Part shown: positions 9,389-17,042 of the stretch, piece by piece
How the letters are laid out: each line of letters opens with the position of its first letter
How positions within the stretch are numbered: the first letter of the stretch is position 1
NCBI GenBank assembly: GCA_964601305.1
Contig: CAZRMW010000004.1
Coordinates: 434-64,433 of the forward strand
Direction: 5' to 3'
DNA length: 64,000 bases
Source: an uncultured Candidatus Saccharibacteria bacterium
Lineage (GTDB): Bacteria > Patescibacteriota > Minisyncoccia > JAHISW01 > Tagabacteraceae
Made by a program: the position numbers and the translations under genes
The notes under the pieces: model-generated
What the model saw: the letters and a program-made list of their open reading frames with translations, nothing else
Databases searched by the model: none
What the model was told of the DNA's origin: nothing

Positions 9389-9751
9389 ATGTCTTTTTTA
9401 GGTCTTTTGATTTTATTATGCTCTTTATCCTTAATTGTGGTTTTTTCTGTTTTGGGGATAAATATTTTTCTAATTAGAAGTCTAAGTAGAAAAGAAATCA
9501 ACGAGGGTATTGTTTCTGGCGGAAGTTTCCTTTGTGGTTTTGAAAAACAGATAGGGTTTTTTAAAAAGATTATTTTTTCTTCCGCAAATAAATTGTTGTT
9601 TTTTCTAAGCGAGATTTCTAAGAGCAAATGGTTTGAAAAGCATCTAAAGCGGTTCAATGATTATGTGAATGGTAGAGAATTGTTGGAGAGTAATGGATGC
9701 AATGGGTACTGGGGCAAAATAAAAGGAAAAATTAAAGTTAAGAAAAAGTAG
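9389..9751 (+). CDS. Small hypothetical membrane protein. Gene existence is uncertain, and the overlapping minus-strand ORF 9379..9657 is an alternative.
   Basis: It has a hydrophobic N-terminus. A GC hairpin follows the stop, gcctaccggcaggtaggc at 9756-9773. Confidence 0.25.
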   Translation: MSFLGLLILLCSLSLIVVFSVLGINIFLIRSLSRKEINEGIVSGGSFLCGFEKQIGFFKKIIFSSANKLLFFLSEISKSKWFEKHLKRFNDYVNGRELLESNGCNGYWGKIKGKIKVKKK

Positions 9752-9771
9752 TGCCAGCCTACCGGCAGGTA

Positions 9772-9835
9772 GGCCGATGTAGCCCTGCCCGCAGTCGCTA
9801 AAGCGACAGCTTTTGCAGGCGGGTCAGTTGGTTAG
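9772..9835 (+). other. Partial duplicate of the tRNA-Thr 5' region (acceptor/D-arm, GCCGATGTAGC...TCAGTTGGTTAGA) split by a 40-nt GC-rich double hairpin.
   Basis: gccgatgtagc at 9772-9782 and tcagttggttaga at 9823-9835 are identical to nt 1-11 and 12-24 of the intact tRNA at 10109. The insert cctgcccgcagtcgctaaagcgacagcttttgcaggcggg at 9783-9822 contains the GTCGC-TAAA-GCGAC hairpin. Confidence 0.55.
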
Positions 9836-9851
9836 ATCACTTTAAATTTAT

Positions 9852-10100
9852 ATGTATTTTACTTATGTGTTAGTAAGCAAAAAAGATAGTAATTTATATA
9901 TAGGTTTTTGTATTGACTTAAAGAAAAGAATGAATGAGCATAATCAAGGATTAGTCGTGAGTACAAAACACAGAAGACCGATGGAATTAATTTATTATGA
10001 AGCTTGTAAAAACAAAAAAGATGCTATAAAACGAGAGAAGGTTTTAAAAACAGGTTTTGGAAGAGTTTATTTAAAAAAGAGGAATAGTTTAGAAGATTAA
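9852..10100 (+). CDS. GIY-YIG nuclease family protein (short, UPF0213-like, homing-endonuclease-type).
   Basis: 82 aa with YFTYVL...LYIGFC...KKRMNEHNQG, a GIY-YIG motif pair. Confidence 0.7.
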   Translation: MYFTYVLVSKKDSNLYIGFCIDLKKRMNEHNQGLVVSTKHRRPMELIYYEACKNKKDAIKREKVLKTGFGRVYLKKRNSLED

Positions 10101-10108
10101 TAAAAAGT

Positions 10109-10185
10109 GCCGATGTAGCTCAGTTGGTTAGAGCAACGGTTTTGTAAACCGTAGGTCGTCAGTTCGAATCTGACCATCGGCTCCA
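10109..10185 (+). tRNA. tRNA-Thr (anticodon UGU), with CCA encoded.
   Basis: The sequence is GCCGATG TA GCTC AGTTGGTTAGAGC A ACGGT TTTGTAA ACCGT AGGTC GTCAG TTCGAATC CTGAC CATCGGC T CCA. It folds as a cloverleaf with a 7-nt anticodon loop and TGT at positions 34-36. Confidence 0.85.
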
Positions 10186-10235
10186 AAGAGAAAGATATTG
10201 AAAAATTACTCATTTTTTTATATACTTATTTTATT

Positions 10236-10505
10236 ATGACAATACGAATGAGACATACTAAATCTCACACAAAAAATAGGCGTTCGCACCATGGTATGAA
10301 AAAAGCGAATATTTCTTTGTGTGAAAAATGTGGAGAGCCAAAACTTCCTCACAGAGTTTGTGCTAATTGTGGTACCTATAAAAAGAGAAGTATTTTGGAT
10401 GTGCTTAAAAAACTTACAAAAAAAGAAAAGAAAAACAAAGAAAAAGAACTAGAAGCACAAGAACAAGCAAAAGGCCTAAGTGCCGAAGAACTTTCAAAAA
10501 AATAA
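10236..10505 (+). CDS. rpmF: Ribosomal protein bL32 with a Lys/Glu-rich C-terminal extension.
   Basis: TKSHTKNRRSHHGM...CEKCGEPKLPHRVCANCGTY matches the L32 zinc ribbon. Confidence 0.8.
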   Translation: MTIRMRHTKSHTKNRRSHHGMKKANISLCEKCGEPKLPHRVCANCGTYKKRSILDVLKKLTKKEKKNKEKELEAQEQAKGLSAEELSKK

Positions 10506-10514
10506 AAACAATTT

Positions 10515-11444
10515 ATGGCAAATAGACATTTATCAAGAAGTATAGCAATGCAGGTTCTTTTTGAATTGGATTTTAACGATAGTAAAAAGAATAAAGCCGA
10601 AGAAATCTTAAAAAGAAATCTCAAAGAATTTGCGCCAGGTCTGGACGACAGTAAATTTGTTGAAAAGATTGTGAAAGGTGTTTTGAAAGAGCAAAAAAAG
10701 ATAGACACAATAATCAAAAAAACAGCCCCTGAGTGGCCTTTGGAACAGATTGCGATTATAGACAGAAATGTTTTAAGGATAGGTCTTTATGAGCTCCTTT
10801 TTGGTAATCCGAAAGATGTGCCTAAAAAGGTAGCTATAAACGAGTCAATTGAACTCGCAAAAAGTTTTGGCGGGGAAACATCCGGCAAGTTTGTTAATGG
10901 TGTTTTAGGGACTGTTTATAGAGAATTGCCAGAGTCTGAGAAGGAAGACGATGGGCCAAACAAAGATCCAGAAAAAATAGATTGTGAAGAAAAAAAAGGT
11001 GGTGCCGTTGTGTATAGAAAAGAGAACTTGCCCGACAAGGCGGGAGACGATGTCTTTCTTGCGTTGGTGCACGATGTTTTTGGATACTGGACTCTTTCAA
11101 AAGGCGGGATTGAAGAAGGAGAAGATGAAAAAGAAGGAACAATTAGAGAAATAAAAGAAAAGATGGGGATAGATATAAAAATAAAAGAAAGTTTGGGGGA
11201 AAATGATTATGTAGCATCTCACCCTGAAAAAGGCAGAGTGAAAAAGAGCGTGTTTTATTTCTTGGCAGAGACAAAAGACAAAGGCCTAAAGCTTGGTGAA
11301 TCTGGTGGGCTCGACGATGTTCGCTGGTTTAAATTGGAAGATCTTGAAGGATTAAAAATATACGATGATTTAAAACCAATAATTTTAAAGGCAATTAAGA
11401 TTATAAAAACCCCGCCGAGCGGGGCAAGAAAAATAAATGGATAG
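10515..11444 (+). CDS. nusB: Fusion protein with an N-terminal NusB antitermination factor domain and a C-terminal NUDIX hydrolase domain.
   Basis: The NusB part reads RSIAMQVLFE...VLRIGLYELLFG...KKVAINESIELAKSFGGETSGKFVNGVLG, close to E. coli NusB. The Nudix box is GGIEEGEDEKEGTIREIKEKMGI. It is a single 309-aa ORF with no internal stop. Confidence 0.7.
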   Translation: MANRHLSRSIAMQVLFELDFNDSKKNKAEEILKRNLKEFAPGLDDSKFVEKIVKGVLKEQKKIDTIIKKTAPEWPLEQIAIIDRNVLRIGLYELLFGNPKDVPKKVAINESIELAKSFGGETSGKFVNGVLGTVYRELPESEKEDDGPNKDPEKIDCEEKKGGAVVYRKENLPDKAGDDVFLALVHDVFGYWTLSKGGIEEGEDEKEGTIREIKEKMGIDIKIKESLGENDYVASHPEKGRVKKSVFYFLAETKDKGLKLGESGGLDDVRWFKLEDLEGLKIYDDLKPIILKAIKIIKTPPSGARKING

Positions 11445-12129
11445 CTTGAAAGAGTTAGAAAAAAAGATTGGAATAAAATTTAGTAACAAAGATTTATTGC
11501 AAGAAGCCTTAACTCACAGGTCTTTTTTAAATGAGATGAAGGGCGGTGTAAGACACAATGAAAGGCTAGAATTTTTGGGGGACGCTGTGCTTGAGCTTTC
11601 GGTAACTAGATTTCTTTTTTCAAAGTTTGACAAAAAAAACGAAGGAGACCTCACTTCACTGAGGGCAGCTTTAGTAAATTCGAAGATGCTTTTTGAGGTT
11701 GGTGACAAACTTAAAATTTACGATTTTTTAAGGCTCTCAAAAGGAGAGGCGAGAGATTCTGGGAAAGCCAAGAGTTTTATTTTAGCAAATGCTATGGAGG
11801 CTTTGATAGGTGCAGTTTACCTAGATCAGGGTTACGAAGTTGCAGATGATTTTATAATAAAAAACATTTGTTCAAATGTAGATACTGTTTTAGAAAAAAA
11901 GCTATGGCGTGATGCAAAAAGTTTATTTCAAGAAAAATCTCAAGAAGAAATGAGCACAACACCCGTCTACAAAGTTGTAAAAGAAACTGGCCCAGATCAC
12001 AAAAAACATTTTGTTATTGGCGTTTATTTAGGTAGTGAGTTGATTGCGGAGGGCGAGGGGTTTTCTAAGCAGGAGGCACAAATGAAAGCAGCTGAAAATG
12101 CACTAAAAGAAAAAGGTTGGGAAGAGTAA
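11437..12129 (+). CDS. rnc: Ribonuclease III.
   Basis: The ERLEFLGDAVLE catalytic signature and a C-terminal dsRBD are present. The rnc-smc gene order is conserved. Confidence 0.85.
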   Translation: MDSLKELEKKIGIKFSNKDLLQEALTHRSFLNEMKGGVRHNERLEFLGDAVLELSVTRFLFSKFDKKNEGDLTSLRAALVNSKMLFEVGDKLKIYDFLRLSKGEARDSGKAKSFILANAMEALIGAVYLDQGYEVADDFIIKNICSNVDTVLEKKLWRDAKSLFQEKSQEEMSTTPVYKVVKETGPDHKKHFVIGVYLGSELIAEGEGFSKQEAQMKAAENALKEKGWEE

Positions 12130-12132
12130 ACT

Positions 12133-14304
12133 ATGCGACTTAAAAGTCTAAAAATTTCTGGTTTTAAATCTTTCAACAAGAGCACAACTCTTGGTTTTTC
12201 TAATTCTATATCTGCTATTGTTGGGCCAAATGGTTCTGGTAAATCAAACGTTGCAGAGTCTATTGCGTGGGTTTTGGGTGAGCAATCTGTAAAAAATTTG
12301 CGCGGGAAAAAGGGGGAAGATCTAATTTTTAACGGATCAGTTTCTTCTCCAAAAATGAATAAAGCATCGGTGTCTTTAATTTTTTCGAAAACACCCCGCC
12401 GGGCGGGGCAAGAAGTCTCAGAAGAGATAGTCGTTTCTCGTACTGTTTATAGAGACGGAGTTAATGAATATTTTATGAATAATACCAGAGCCAGGCTAAA
12501 AGATATTATAGAATTTTTAAACAAAGAGGGTTCTGGAGTTGTAAAACACCATATTATTAGACAAGGGGAGGCCGACCACATTTTAAATTCAAGCATAAAA
12601 GAAAGAAGAGATTTAATAGAAAATGCTCTCGGTCTTAAAATATATAAGATAAAAAAAGAAGAGGCTGAGAGAAAACTACTAAAAACAGAAGAAAATATAG
12701 AGCAAGTAAATTCTTTAAGAAAGGAAATACAGCCTCATTTGCGTTTTTTAAAAAAACAAGTTGCAAAAGCAAACGAATCTGTGGAGCTTAAAGAAGAGTT
12801 AAAAAATATTTGCTCAGAGTATTTTTCTTGGTCAGAAAACTGGATAAATCAAAGTTTGGAGAAAATTCAAGTGAATTTAACAGAGTTTAATGAAAAGATA
12901 GAAGGAAAAGAAAAAGAAATAAAAAGTTTTGAGGGTGAGGTAAAAAATTTTGAAAAAGAAAGAGAGAGATCAAGCACCATAAGAAACAAAATAAGTGATT
13001 TGGAAAGAGAAATAGGTAGGCACGAGGGGGCACTTTTTCAGATGAGAAAAACAGTGGAAAATAAAAAAGAGAAAACCCTAAACTCACAAAGTGAGTTGGG
13101 CAAGGAAGAGATAAAAATTAGATTTAGTTTTAGAGAAGTAGAAAATTTTGCAAAATACTTAGAAAAAGAAATAGAAAGGGCTTTTGGGGTGAGCGATGTA
13201 GAAAGTATTAAAAAAATACTAATATCGATCAAAAAAGAAGCAAGGTTTCTTTTTAAAAAACCTAACAGCAACCAGAAAGAAGAGCAAAAAGAAAACAATG
13301 AGACAAAGGAGTCTCTCAAGAAAATGGAAGCAAAATACAAAGAATTGCTAGTGGCTTTGGGTGACGTGAAAAAAGAAGAAGAAATCTTGCAAAAAGAAAG
13401 CAGAAAAGTATTAGACTCAGAGAGACAGCTTTATAAAATAAAAATGGAGGCAAGCGAACTAACAAACAAGAGAAATAATTTTAAAAATAAAAAAGAAGAG
13501 TTTTTGTCTAAAAAAGACTTTGTTTTTAAATACAAAAGTGAGTTGGAAAAATTCTTAAAAGAAAAAATTAAATATAATCAGACAAAGACAGATGTTGGTA
13601 ATTTTTCAGAAGAAACTTTAGAGAGGAAGAAAATAAAAATAGAAAGATTAAGAATAAAGCTAGAAGAAAGCGGTGGAGTGGGAGAAGAAATGATAAAAGA
13701 ATATGAAGAAATTAGTGGGAGAGACAATTTTTTATTAAAGGAAACTTCTGATTTAGGAGAATCATCTAAGTCTTTAAGGGTGCTAATAAAACAACTCGAA
13801 GAAAGATTAGACACTGATTTTAAAAAAGGAATTTCAAAAATTAATATAGAATTTCAAAAGTTTTTTGAAGCAATGTTTAATGGGGGAAAAGCGGAGTTGA
13901 GAATTGTAAAAGGAAAAGCAAAAATTGTTGACGAAGATAGTTTTCAAGAAGAGGGCGTAGACATAAAAGTAAGTTTGCCGAGAAAGAAAATAAATTCTCT
14001 AGGCATGCTTTCTGGTGGAGAAAGGGCGCTTACCTCTATTGCTCTTCTTTTTGCTTTGTCTCAAGTTAATCCCCCGCCGTTTTTAATTTTAGATGAAACA
14101 GACGCGGCGCTAGACGAATCTAATTCTAGAAAATATGCACAGATGCTTAAGAAGTTGAGTAGTAAAACCCAATTGATACTAATTACACACAATAGAGAAA
14201 CTATGAACATCGCCGGTATTTTATACGGAGTTACCATGGGAGGCGATGGTATATCAAAATTGCTTTCTATAAAACTAGAAGACGCCGAAGAGATGGTAGT
14301 TTAA
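12133..14304 (+). CDS. smc: SMC-family chromosome segregation ATPase, condensed form (723 aa).
   Basis: N-terminal Walker A GPNGSGKSN. Long coiled coil. C-terminal signature LSGGERALTSIALLFAL and Walker B LILDETDAALD. It follows rnc as in Firmicutes. Confidence 0.7.
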   Translation: MRLKSLKISGFKSFNKSTTLGFSNSISAIVGPNGSGKSNVAESIAWVLGEQSVKNLRGKKGEDLIFNGSVSSPKMNKASVSLIFSKTPRRAGQEVSEEIVVSRTVYRDGVNEYFMNNTRARLKDIIEFLNKEGSGVVKHHIIRQGEADHILNSSIKERRDLIENALGLKIYKIKKEEAERKLLKTEENIEQVNSLRKEIQPHLRFLKKQVAKANESVELKEELKNICSEYFSWSENWINQSLEKIQVNLTEFNEKIEGKEKEIKSFEGEVKNFEKERERSSTIRNKISDLEREIGRHEGALFQMRKTVENKKEKTLNSQSELGKEEIKIRFSFREVENFAKYLEKEIERAFGVSDVESIKKILISIKKEARFLFKKPNSNQKEEQKENNETKESLKKMEAKYKELLVALGDVKKEEEILQKESRKVLDSERQLYKIKMEASELTNKRNNFKNKKEEFLSKKDFVFKYKSELEKFLKEKIKYNQTKTDVGNFSEETLERKKIKIERLRIKLEESGGVGEEMIKEYEEISGRDNFLLKETSDLGESSKSLRVLIKQLEERLDTDFKKGISKINIEFQKFFEAMFNGGKAELRIVKGKAKIVDEDSFQEEGVDIKVSLPRKKINSLGMLSGGERALTSIALLFALSQVNPPPFLILDETDAALDESNSRKYAQMLKKLSSKTQLILITHNRETMNIAGILYGVTMGGDGISKLLSIKLEDAEEMVV

Positions 14305-14344
14305 GCAATTGACTAGATTGGGTTTTTATATATAATATAGTCTA

Positions 14345-14746
14345 ATGTTAAAGATAAGATTTACAAGAATTGGTAGAAAGCACGACCCTACTTTTAGGAT
14401 CGTTTTAACCGATTCTAGAAAAGCTCCAAGAAGTGGAGCATATATAGAAAAGCTTGGTTTTTATAATCCTACCAAAAAAGGAGATTTTAGTGTGGATGGA
14501 GAAAGGGTAAAGCATTGGATTTCTCAAGGGGCACAAGTTTCTCCTTCAGTTTTTAATCTTTTAGTTTCAGAAAAAATAGTAGAGGGTAAAAAAGTGGATG
14601 TAAGTGCGAAGAGCAAGAAGAAAGTAGCTGAAGAGCCTAAGGAGCAATCAGTAGAATCAACTGAAAACAAAAAAGACGATTCAACCTCAGACGATAAAGC
14701 AGAAGAAGAGGTTGAGGAAAAACCAGAAGAGACAAAAGAAAAATAG
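14345..14746 (+). CDS. rpsP: Ribosomal protein bS16 with a C-terminal acidic/lysine extension.
   Basis: MLKIRFTRIGRKHDPTFRIVLTDSRKAPRSG..EKLGFYNP. Confidence 0.85.
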   Translation: MLKIRFTRIGRKHDPTFRIVLTDSRKAPRSGAYIEKLGFYNPTKKGDFSVDGERVKHWISQGAQVSPSVFNLLVSEKIVEGKKVDVSAKSKKKVAEEPKEQSVESTENKKDDSTSDDKAEEEVEEKPEETKEK

Positions 14747-14753
14747 AGGATTG

Positions 14754-14809
14754 ATCCCTCACCTTTGATTGAATTTTTATGAATAAAGAACTATGCAAAG
14801 GTGAGGGAT
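14754..14809 (+). promoter_or_regulatory. Perfect 14-bp stem hairpin between rpsP and the next gene. No U-tract follows it, and its 3' edge abuts the -35 element.
   Basis: ATCCCTCACCTTTG, a 28-nt loop, then CAAAGGTGAGGGAT. Confidence 0.5.
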
Positions 14810-14836
14810 TGACAAAGAGTAGTTTTTGTGTATAAT
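14809..14836 (+). promoter_or_regulatory. Consensus sigma70-type promoter (TTGACA-16-TATAAT) upstream of the KH-domain gene.
   Basis: ttgaca at 14809-14814, a 16-nt spacer, tataat at 14831-14836. Confidence 0.6.
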
Positions 14837-14879
14837 AAAAAGATAATTTAATTCAGGTCGATTTAATAAGTTAGAATTA

Positions 14880-15227
14880 TTGGTTAAACAGAATTCAAAC
14901 ATGGCAGAAAAATTCAAAGATGCAGAATTTCTTGAGTATGTCGTGAAGGCTTTGGTAGACAGTCCAGACGCCGTAGAGGTAGATCGTCAAGTAGACGAAA
15001 TGGGTGTTTTACTAAAATTGAAAATTGACCCAGCTGATATGGGTAAAATCATTGGCCGAAGCGGTAATACTGCTAGAGCTATCCGAAATCTTTTACGTGT
15101 AGTTGGCCTTAAAAACCAAGCTCGCGTAAACCTAAAGATTGAGGAACCAGAAGGTGGTAGGAGAGCTCCTGCTCCTCGTTCTGAAGAGCCTAGTGTAGAC
15201 GATGTGGTTGATGATTTGAAGTTATAA
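14880..15227 (+). CDS. khpA: KH-domain RNA-binding protein (KhpA/YlqC-like, UPF0109). The start is probably at the MAEKF ATG at 14901.
   Basis: GKIIGRSGNTARAIRNLLRVVG is the KH GxxG-type motif. The rpsP-KH-trmD neighbourhood is conserved. Confidence 0.6.
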   Translation: MVKQNSNMAEKFKDAEFLEYVVKALVDSPDAVEVDRQVDEMGVLLKLKIDPADMGKIIGRSGNTARAIRNLLRVVGLKNQARVNLKIEEPEGGRRAPAPRSEEPSVDDVVDDLKL

Positions 15228-15252
15228 ACACTTAACTTTTTAAATCTAAGAA

Positions 15253-15286
15253 AGCCGTTCCACTTGTGGGGCGGTTTTCTGTTTTT
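15253..15286 (+). terminator. Intrinsic terminator after the KH gene.
   Basis: CCGTTCCAC-TTG-TGGGGCGG, a stem with G-U wobbles, followed by TTTTCTGTTTTT. Confidence 0.5.
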
Positions 15287-15320
15287 ACTCATTTTGGTTT
15301 TTGAGAAAGAGTAAGTTAAC

Positions 15321-15428
15321 ACAAAACCAAAACTAATTTTTTACTTTCCCTAAATTATGATAATTTAGGGAAGTGTTCGTTTTAGACTCACAAGCACGTA
15401 AAAAATTGTTTTGATTTTGTGTTTTGTA
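15321..15428. repeat. ~100-nt noncoding repeat, copy 1 of 2 (the other is at 51596-51706). It contains the CCCTAAATTAT-GA-TAATTTAGGG hairpin.
   Basis: acaaaaccaaaac...ttttttactttccctaaattatgataatttagggaagtg.tcg.tttag.ctcacaagcacgtaaaaaattgttttg.ttttgtgtttt is nearly identical to the second copy. Confidence 0.8.
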
Positions 15429-15492
15429 ATTTCCTCACAAAAATAAAAGCCTTATCCTTGCTAGTTGAAGTTGTAAAAGATAAAATTAAGAT

Positions 15493-16158
15493 ATGACAAC
15501 ATTTCATATTTTTTCTATATTTCCCGAGTCTTTTAATAGCTATTTTAATAGCTCTATTTTGGCGCGGGCGCAGAAGAAAAAATTGATTAAAATAAAAGTT
15601 TACGATATTAGAAAATTTGCTAAAGATAAACACAAAACAACAGACGATAGGCCTTTTGGCGGTGGCCCAGGTATGGTGATGAAAGCAGAACCTATTATAA
15701 AAGCTGTTGAAACAGCTTTTAAGGGTAAAACGAAAAACGAAAAAAGCAAAATATTAATAGCAATTACTTCTGCTACGGGCAAGCAGTTTAACCAAAAAAC
15801 AGCACAAAATTTTTCAAAAAAATACAAAGACATAGCAATAATTTGTGGACGCTACGAAGGTATAGATGAAAGAGTAAAAAAGATTTTAAAAGATTTTGTA
15901 CACCAAGTGCAAGAATTATCAACAGGCCCATATATTTTAACTGGAGGAGAATTACCAGCAATGACTATCGTAGACTCTGTTTCTAGACACATAAAAGGAG
16001 TGCTTGGAAAAGAAGAATCTTTAGAAGAAAAAAGTGGATCGTATCCAGTTTATACAAGACCAGAAGTTTTAGAAATAAATAATAAAAAATACAAAACCCC
16101 AAAAGTTTTAATGAGCGGTGATCATAAAAAAATAAAAGATTGGCGTAAAAACAAATGA
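15493..16158 (+). CDS. trmD: tRNA (guanine37-N1)-methyltransferase.
   Basis: FHIFSIFPE...RPFGGGPGMVMKAEP...GRYEGIDERV...TGGELPAM motifs. Confidence 0.85.
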   Translation: MTTFHIFSIFPESFNSYFNSSILARAQKKKLIKIKVYDIRKFAKDKHKTTDDRPFGGGPGMVMKAEPIIKAVETAFKGKTKNEKSKILIAITSATGKQFNQKTAQNFSKKYKDIAIICGRYEGIDERVKKILKDFVHQVQELSTGPYILTGGELPAMTIVDSVSRHIKGVLGKEESLEEKSGSYPVYTRPEVLEINNKKYKTPKVLMSGDHKKIKDWRKNK

Positions 16159-17033
16159 CAAACTGGCTCGCATTTGCCATAATTGCATACTTTTTTGCAG
16201 CAGTTGTTGCTGTAATAGACAAATTTTTAGTCCATAGAAAAACTAGAAGTCCTATAGTTTATTCTTTTTATACGGCAATTTTAAGTGCAGTGGTTCTTGT
16301 GGCTTGGCCTTTTGATTTTTCTTTTCTTTCCATTCAAACAACACTAATAGCATTATTTTCTGGCGCAACATTTTTTTTGGCGACTTTTTTCTACTACTCT
16401 ACAATGATGAAGGGCGCTATTTCTCGTTCGGCTTCAATTATTGGTGGAATTTCTCCTATAATAATTTTATTTTTGTCTTACTTTTTGCTAGAAGAAAGAC
16501 TACCTGGTTTTTGGATTGTTTCTTTTTTTGTTTTGATTTTTGGAAGCTTTCTTCTTGCGTATGGAAAAGGAAAAATCTTTTCTGTTTATGCGCTACTTGC
16601 GGCAGTTTTTTATGCACTAACATTTTTTAGTGCAAAATTGGTTTATTTGGATAGTTCTTTTATAAATGGTTTAGTGTGGATAAGGGTTGGCGGGCTTTTG
16701 GTTGCTTTGGGGCTCCTGTTTTTTCCTTTTTTCAAGAAAATATTGAAAGCTAACCCTCTAAAAGTAAATAAAAAAATATTTTTATTTTTTGTGGCAAACA
16801 AGGGATTGAGTGCGGTTTCGATTTTAATTTTAAACTATGCAATTAGTTTAGGGCCAGTTTCTATAATAAATGCTGTTCAAGGGATTCAGTACGGCATGAT
16901 TTTTATTTTAGCAATATTTGTTTCTATTTGGTTTCCAAATTTTATAAAAGAATCTTTGGAATTTAAAATTGTTGCAAGAAAAATTATTGGCATTGCCTTA
17001 GTATCTGCTGGTATAATATTTTTAGTAATTTAA
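16155..17033 (+). CDS. Integral membrane protein, ~10 TM, possibly an EamA/DMT-type transporter.
   Basis: The sequence is hydrophobic throughout, with a two-repeat TM pattern. No catalytic motifs were recognised. Confidence 0.4.
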   Translation: MTNWLAFAIIAYFFAAVVAVIDKFLVHRKTRSPIVYSFYTAILSAVVLVAWPFDFSFLSIQTTLIALFSGATFFLATFFYYSTMMKGAISRSASIIGGISPIIILFLSYFLLEERLPGFWIVSFFVLIFGSFLLAYGKGKIFSVYALLAAVFYALTFFSAKLVYLDSSFINGLVWIRVGGLLVALGLLFFPFFKKILKANPLKVNKKIFLFFVANKGLSAVSILILNYAISLGPVSIINAVQGIQYGMIFILAIFVSIWFPNFIKESLEFKIVARKIIGIALVSAGIIFLVI

Positions 17034-17042
17034 ATAAAAACA

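Noticed and set aside
9783-9835. Reading the interrupted upstream tRNA fragment as a functional intron-containing tRNA.
   Set aside because: After TTAGA the sequence diverges completely (TCACTTTAAATT) with no anticodon or T arms. A complete tRNA-Thr follows at 10109, so the fragment is a partial duplicate, not an exon.
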